From NCBI GenBank assembly GCA_900617105.1, contig UYFQ01000003.1, forward strand, positions 1 through 56,995: DNA of 56,995 nucleotides, in the 5' to 3' direction. The position numbers and the translations under genes are program-made. The stretch is from Hydrurus foetidus (taxonomy: Eukaryota). Position 1 is the first letter of the stretch, and the number at the start of each line of letters is the position of its first letter. Below are positions 51,973-56,995 of the stretch, one piece after another. The notes under the pieces were generated by a model, which ran no database searches, was not told the origin of the DNA, and saw nothing but the letters and a program-made list of their open reading frames with translations.

Positions 51973-53015
51973 GTTTTGGTTCCTTCCGCTTTGCGCAGAC
52001 GAGAGAGCAGGAGTTTGGACAAGGACAGAATCACGAAGGTGATAAAGAACAGGACCAGCCCCAGGTACATCAAAGCCGCTTGGTGCATGCCTTCACCGGC
52101 TTCGGCAAATTCATTCGCCAGGGCCGAGGTAATGCTGTTGGCTGCCTGGAACAGGCTCAAGGAGTCCAGTTGGTTAAAGTTGCCAATGACGAAGGTCACG
52201 GCCATGGTCTCTCCAATGGCGCGCCCCAAGCCCAGCATGATGCCGCCGATCACACCCGTCTTGGTGTAGGGCAACACTACTTTAGACACGACTTCCCAAG
52301 TGGTTGCACCCAAGCCGTAAGCTGACTCTTTGAGCAGCGCAGGGGTGACTTCAAACACATCGCGCATCACCGCCGAAATGAACGGGATGATCATGATGGC
52401 CAGGATGATGCCAGCCGACAAAATACCGATACCTACCGGTGGACCCGACACAAACGCACCCAGATAGGGCACGCCGGCAAACAAGGCCTGCAGCGGCTGC
52501 TGCACATAGGTGGCCAGCACCGGGCCGAACACCAACAGACCCCACATGCCGTAGACGATGGAGGGCACCGCGGCCAACAACTCAATGGCCGTACCCAGCG
52601 GGCGCTTGAGCCAAGTGGGCGAGAGCTCAGTCAGGAAGAGTGCAATGCCGAAACTCACAGGCACGGCAATGATCAGCGCAATCAGCGAGGTGGCGATGGT
52701 GCCGTAAATCATGACCAGGCCGCCAAACTCCTCCTGCACCGGGTCCCAGACCGTACTGGTCAGGAAGGACAGGCCGTATTTGCTGATGGCTGGCCAGGCG
52801 CTGATGGTCAGCGTGGTCAGGATGGCCAACAGCAAGGCCAGGGTCAGGAGGGCCGCACCTTTGGCCAACCAGCCAAAGATACGGTCAGCCAAGGGACCCG
52901 AACGGGCCCGCTTGATGGGAGGTGGTTTGGTCATGGCGCGTGGAGGCGAAATGGCATTCGGGCTGCTCGGGGAATCCCCATGCACGAGTGTAGATGACAT
53001 GGGGATTTTCTCCAT
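51969..53015 (-). CDS. pstC: Phosphate ABC transporter permease
   Basis: [29 protein letters not shown]. Confidence 0.96.
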   Translation of the reverse strand: MEKIPMSSTLVHGDSPSSPNAISPPRAMTKPPPIKRARSGPLADRIFGWLAKGAALLTLALLLAILTTLTISAWPAISKYGLSFLTSTVWDPVQEEFGGLVMIYGTIATSLIALIIAVPVSFGIALFLTELSPTWLKRPLGTAIELLAAVPSIVYGMWGLLVFGPVLATYVQQPLQALFAGVPYLGAFVSGPPVGIGILSAGIILAIMIIPFISAVMRDVFEVTPALLKESAYGLGATTWEVVSKVVLPYTKTGVIGGIMLGLGRAIGETMAVTFVIGNFNQLDSLSLFQAANSITSALANEFAEAGEGMHQAALMYLGLVLFFITFVILSLSKLLLSRLRKAEGTKT

Positions 53016-53039
53016 CAGGTCCGAATCAGAGCGCGCGGA

Positions 53040-54083
53040 TTACTTGAAAGCGATGGGCTTACCGGCGCCGTCCTTGATCTCACCCCAGGACTTCTGGATC
53101 GCTGCCACCACTGCTGGCGGCATGGGCACGTAGTCCAGGTCTGCAGCCGATTTGCCACCGTTGGAATACGCCCAGTTGAAGAACTTCAAGGACTCTGAGG
53201 CATTCGCAGGCTTCTCTTGCTTCAGGTGCATCAGGATGAAGGTTGCACCGCTGATGGGCCAAGCCGCTTTGCCAGGCTGGTTCGTCAGGATTTGGTAGAA
53301 GGACTTGCTCCAGTCGGCACCGGCAGCGGCAGCCTTGAACGCATCATCATCCGGAGTCACAAAGGTACCGGCCGAATTTTGCATCACCGCGTAGTTCAGC
53401 TTGTTTTGCTTCACGTAGGAATATTCCACATAACCCATGGAGTTGGGCAGGCGGGCCACAAATGCTGAAACGCCTTCGTTACCCTTGCCACCGGCGCCCA
53501 CAGGCCAGTTCACAGCTGTGCCTTCGCCCACTTTGGCTTTCCACTCTGCATTAACCTTGCTCAGGTAGTTGGTGAAGATGAAGGTCGTGCCGGAGCCGTC
53601 AGCGCGGCGCACTTGCGCAATGGCGGCGTCAGGCAAGGCCAAGGTGGGGTTCAGCGCCTTGATGGCGGGGTCGTTCCACTTGGCGATCTTGCCCAAGAAA
53701 ATGTCGCCCAGCACCTGGCCGGTCAACTTCAATTGGCCTGGCTCAATACCCTTGACGTTGATCACAGGAACCACACCGCCCATGACGGTGGGGAACTGCA
53801 TTTGGCCTTTGGACTTCAACACTTCGTCGGTCTGAGGCATGTCAGACGCGCCGAAGTCAACTGTCTGGGAATCGATTTGCTTGATACCACCACCGGAGCC
53901 GATGGACTGGTAGTTCACCTTCACGCCGGTGGCCTTGTTGTAGTCAGAGGCCCACTTGGCGTACAGGGGGGCGGGGAAAGAAGCGCCCGCGCCAGTGATT
54001 TCTTGGGCCGATGCGCCCGCCGCAAAGCCGAGCATGGCCGTCATGGCGCTTGCCAAGGCTGCGCGTTGGAACAAATTTTTCAT
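53040..54083 (-). CDS. pstS: Phosphate ABC transporter substrate-binding protein
   Basis: ITGAGASFPAP, YQSIGSGGG, DFGASD, RADGSGTT. Confidence 0.98.
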   Translation of the reverse strand: MKNLFQRAALASAMTAMLGFAAGASAQEITGAGASFPAPLYAKWASDYNKATGVKVNYQSIGSGGGIKQIDSQTVDFGASDMPQTDEVLKSKGQMQFPTVMGGVVPVINVKGIEPGQLKLTGQVLGDIFLGKIAKWNDPAIKALNPTLALPDAAIAQVRRADGSGTTFIFTNYLSKVNAEWKAKVGEGTAVNWPVGAGGKGNEGVSAFVARLPNSMGYVEYSYVKQNKLNYAVMQNSAGTFVTPDDDAFKAAAAGADWSKSFYQILTNQPGKAAWPISGATFILMHLKQEKPANASESLKFFNWAYSNGGKSAADLDYVPMPPAVVAAIQKSWGEIKDGAGKPIAFK

Positions 54084-54129
54084 GGAAGACCTTCAGTCAA
54101 TTGGTTGATGAACTGCGAACGGGTGAACT

Positions 54130-54160
54130 TTAAGAAGATTTTGTGACAAGAATGTGACAT
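54130..54160 (-). promoter_or_regulatory. Pho box upstream of pstS
   Basis: Minus strand reads aTGTCACattctTGTCACaaaatcttc: direct repeats at 11-bp spacing. Confidence 0.85.
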
Positions 54161-54209
54161 TTGGTGCGTCACATACGGGCTGGGCAGTTTTGGCATTTGG
54201 CATACGCCC

Positions 54210-54240
54210 TTCACGTAAATGTCACCGATTTGTCACATAA
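54210..54240 (+). promoter_or_regulatory. Second Pho box array facing the divergent SBP-ppx unit
   Basis: TTCAC(54210), TGTCAC(54220), TGTCAC(54231) in 11-bp register, followed by TACGCT at 54247. Confidence 0.75.
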
Positions 54241-54297
54241 ACTTTTTACGCTACTCAATGGCCTGCCGTGTCCTGTCCGGGCCGTGACTTGCATACG

Positions 54298-54352
54298 AAA
54301 TGAGCCTCTAGCCCCCGTGGAATATGCGCAAGCAGCTCCTGATTCAATAGCA
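54298..54352 (-). repeat. 55-bp dispersed repeat, copy 7 (inverted, in leader of SBP gene)
   Basis: Reverse complement tgctattgaatcaggagctgcttgcgcatattccacgggggctagaggctcattt. Confidence 0.88.
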
Positions 54353-54364
54353 AAAATAAAACCT

Positions 54365-55519
54365 ATGAAAAAACCGTTGGACACCACCACTCCCCTGCTT
54401 TCCCGCCGCAACGTACTGCGCGCCCTTCCCCTGGGTGCTGCGGCCTGTGCTTGGCCCACTTGGGCACAGGGCCCCAAAGCGGGAGTGCCCGGTCCTACGG
54501 TTTTGCAGGTGGTGGACACCTCGGCCAGCCAAATCGACGTGTCCAGGGACTTTTTGGTCGGCGCCCGCGCCGCTTGGCAGGACACCAATGCCCGGGGCGG
54601 CCTGCGCGGCAAGCCCGTGCGCCACTTGGTGCTGGAGGTGGACGGCAGCGCCAGCTCGATGCGCTCCACGGTCGACGCCCTGAAGAACCTGACCGATTGC
54701 GTCGCCGTGGTCGGCACCGCAGGTGACCGGGCTGCCAGCCAGCTCGCCATGCTGCTGCGCCGCGAAGCACCTGACATTGCCCACGTAGCCCCCTGGCTGC
54801 ACAGCACGGGTGCCGACAACCAGGACAGCACCTTTGCCATCTTCGCCACGCGACAGGAGCAAATCACCCATGCCGTGAAATCACTGTCCGTCATGGGTGT
54901 ATCGGAAATTGGGGCTGTGTTTGGCTCACAGGCCGAATCCACCAGCTATCGCGATGACCTGGAAAAGGTCGCCAGCGGGCTGAATGTGCGCCTGAAAACC
55001 TATGTCCCGTCCAGCAGTCTGCAGGCCCTGGCCAGCACGCTGAACGCGCAAAGCCCGCGCATCCTGATCTTTCTGGGGGGCACGCCCGAACTGGTGCAGT
55101 TTGCCCAGGGCATCGAAAAACAGGCGGCCCAGCGCTACATCGTGGCCATGTCCGACGTCAACCTGCAGGCCCTGCAGCAGCTGGGTGTGTCGCGCTTCAC
55201 GCCGGTCATCGCCACGCAGGCTGTGCCTCTCATCAACGGCAACCAGCCCATTGTGCGCAGCTACCGCGAGACACTCACCCGTCTGTACGATGAACCGCCC
55301 ACGCCGCAAAGCCTGGCTGGCTACATCTCAGCCCGTTACGCACAGGAGGTACTGCAGGCCGTGGAAGGCCCATTGAACCGCGCCAGCGCCCTGCAGGCCT
55401 TTGCCCGACGCACCGCCATGGACCTGGGCGGCTTTCGCATCAACCCCGACAACAAGCGCAAAAACAGTGCCTTTGTGACCCAAAGCATGGTAGCCGCCGA
55501 TGGCCGACTGGTGGGCTGA
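54365..55519 (+). CDS. Tat-exported LIV-BP-like (type I periplasmic binding fold) protein
   Basis: SRRNVL twin-arginine signal with WA-Q cleavage; NARGGLRGKPV motif typical of branched-chain amino acid SBP-like proteins; DLGGFRI C-terminus. Confidence 0.75.
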   Translation: MKKPLDTTTPLLSRRNVLRALPLGAAACAWPTWAQGPKAGVPGPTVLQVVDTSASQIDVSRDFLVGARAAWQDTNARGGLRGKPVRHLVLEVDGSASSMRSTVDALKNLTDCVAVVGTAGDRAASQLAMLLRREAPDIAHVAPWLHSTGADNQDSTFAIFATRQEQITHAVKSLSVMGVSEIGAVFGSQAESTSYRDDLEKVASGLNVRLKTYVPSSSLQALASTLNAQSPRILIFLGGTPELVQFAQGIEKQAAQRYIVAMSDVNLQALQQLGVSRFTPVIATQAVPLINGNQPIVRSYRETLTRLYDEPPTPQSLAGYISARYAQEVLQAVEGPLNRASALQAFARRTAMDLGGFRINPDNKRKNSAFVTQSMVAADGRLVG

Positions 55520-55592
55520 CACAACCTGCCGACACTCCATGCCGGTGCTATGCTCCGCCAGCTTTTCAAACTTTTTACCTTTGGCAACGTCG

Positions 55593-56995
55593 ATGCAAAA
55601 CGGAAACCGCCTGGCCGCTGTGGACTTGGGCTCCAACAGCTTTCGCCTGGAGATTGGGCGGGTAGACCACGGTGAGTTTCTGCGCACCGAATACCTCAAA
55701 GAGACTGTCCGCCAAGGCGGTGGTCTGGACGAAGAACGCAACCTGACCCCCGCCGCCATGCAGGCTGGCTGGGAGTGCCTGGCCCGCTTTGGTGAACGGC
55801 TGGCGGGCTTCAAGCCGCACGAAGTGCGCGCAGTAGCGACCCAGACCCTGCGCGAGGCGCGCAACCGCGATGCCTTTCTGGAACGTGCCAACGCCGTGCT
55901 GGGCTTTCCCATCGACGTAATCTCCGGGCGCGAAGAAGCCCGCCTGATCTACCAGGGCGTGGCGCAAATGCTGCCCGCCTCGGACGAGCGCCGCCTGGTG
56001 ATCGACATTGGCGGCCGCTCTACCGAGCTGATTTTGGGCACCGGCCTCACGCCGACCGTAATGGAATCATTCCGCGTGGGCAGCATCGCCTGGTCCAAAC
56101 GCTACTTCCCCGACGGCGGCTTTAGCAAAAAATCCTTCGAGATGGCAGAGATTGCCGCCAAAGCCGTGCTTGATGAAGCCCTGGACGCGTACCCGCGTGA
56201 CCGTTGGGACACCGCGTATGGCTCCGCCGGTACGGTAGGCGCTATCGGAGATGTACTGGTAGCGGCCGGTTGGCCCGCCGGTGTAGTTACCCAAGATGGC
56301 CTGGACTGGTTGCTGGACCGCCTGATTGCCGCCCAAAGCGCTGACCGCCTGCGCATGCCTGGCATGCGCGAAGACCGCCGCGCCATTATTGGCGGTGGCG
56401 TGAGTGTGATGCGCGCTGTCTTCAGCCTGCTGGGCATTGCCGAGATGCAGCACGCCGCAGGCGGCCTGCGCCATGGCCTGATCTGCGACCTGCTGGGGGC
56501 CACCCAGCAGTTTGGTGACATGCGCGCCAAAAGCGTGGAGCGCCTGGCCCTCAAATTCAGCGTGGATACCGCCCATGGCGAGCGCGTGGGCAAGGTTGCC
56601 ACCCAACTGCTGCAACAAGCCCTGGGCATTTCCGATGCACAGGCCCAAGATGAAGAATCTGAGGCCGGTGGCCAGCTGCGCAAACTGCGGTGGTCGGCCG
56701 TACTGCACGAAATCGGCAGCCATATTTCCCATAGCGACTACCACAAGCACGGCGCCTACATCCTGGACAACGCCGATGCAGTGGGCTTCTCCCTCTCGGA
56801 AATGCACCGCCTGAGCCTGCTGGTGCTGGGCCATCGGGGCAAGCTGCGCAAGCTCGAAGCGTCGTTAGGACAAGACGATTTGGTGCTGCAGCTGCTGTGC
56901 CTGCGCCTAGCCGTCATCTTGTGTCACGCGCGCCGCGCGCCAGACCTGCAAGGCATGGCACTGCGGCGCATGAATGCCAAGAGCCGGCAACTGGA
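55593..56995 (+). CDS. ppx: Exopolyphosphatase Ppx/GppA (runs off window end; absent from the ORF track)
   Basis: Manual translation from ATG 55593: MQNGNRLAAVDLGSNSFR...VATQTLREA...ISGREEARLIY...IDIGGRSTE...LHEIG. Confidence 0.95.
   Translation, partial: MQNGNRLAAVDLGSNSFRLEIGRVDHGEFLRTEYLKETVRQGGGLDEERNLTPAAMQAGWECLARFGERLAGFKPHEVRAVATQTLREARNRDAFLERANAVLGFPIDVISGREEARLIYQGVAQMLPASDERRLVIDIGGRSTELILGTGLTPTVMESFRVGSIAWSKRYFPDGGFSKKSFEMAEIAAKAVLDEALDAYPRDRWDTAYGSAGTVGAIGDVLVAAGWPAGVVTQDGLDWLLDRLIAAQSADRLRMPGMREDRRAIIGGGVSVMRAVFSLLGIAEMQHAAGGLRHGLICDLLGATQQFGDMRAKSVERLALKFSVDTAHGERVGKVATQLLQQALGISDAQAQDEESEAGGQLRKLRWSAVLHEIGSHISHSDYHKHGAYILDNADAVGFSLSEMHRLSLLVLGHRGKLRKLEASLGQDDLVLQLLCLRLAVILCHARRAPDLQGMALRRMNAKSRQL

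Noticed and set aside
54161..54364. N-terminal extension of the 452-aa SBP ORF
   Set aside because: Spans the Pho boxes and repeat copy 7; the Tat signal fits a start at 54365.
56067..56834. 255-aa minus-strand ORF at the window end
   Set aside because: Antisense to ppx, which the ORF track missed because it has no stop within the window.

Overview
Chromosomal window of a betaproteobacterium; gene content and order suggest Comamonadaceae (Rhodoferax/Polaromonas-like), which is an inference. It is mostly housekeeping: ilvIHC, an ECF sigma module, dgkA, glnB, nadE, cheW and an MCP, WS/DGAT plus hydrolase, ppa/hppA, moaA, rnhA, gloB, mltD, recR-ybaB-dnaX, SRP RNA, addAB, trxA, rho, rpmE2, pstSCAB-phoUBR and ppx. 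Several accessory signalling modules are interspersed: TonB receptor-SBP-hybrid kinase-response regulator, SBP-diguanylate cyclase, and a 7TM-DISM cyclase. The most striking unannotated signal is a dispersed 55-bp repeat present in 7 copies that align without gaps. Four copies lie in frame inside protein-coding genes (nadE, a GNAT, dnaX, addA), and in three of them they encode a recognisably shared 18-aa peptide in inter-domain linkers, reminiscent of Rickettsia palindromic elements. Other notable features are an A9 slippage-type site in dnaX with stops immediately downstream in both shifted frames, a cluster of frameshifts at about 7.8-8.7 kb coinciding with an apparent composition change (probably an assembly problem), a codon-usage mosaic inside the MCP, and Pho boxes facing an orphan Tat-exported binding protein and ppx. 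No CRISPR array, tRNA, rRNA, transposase or integrase was seen.
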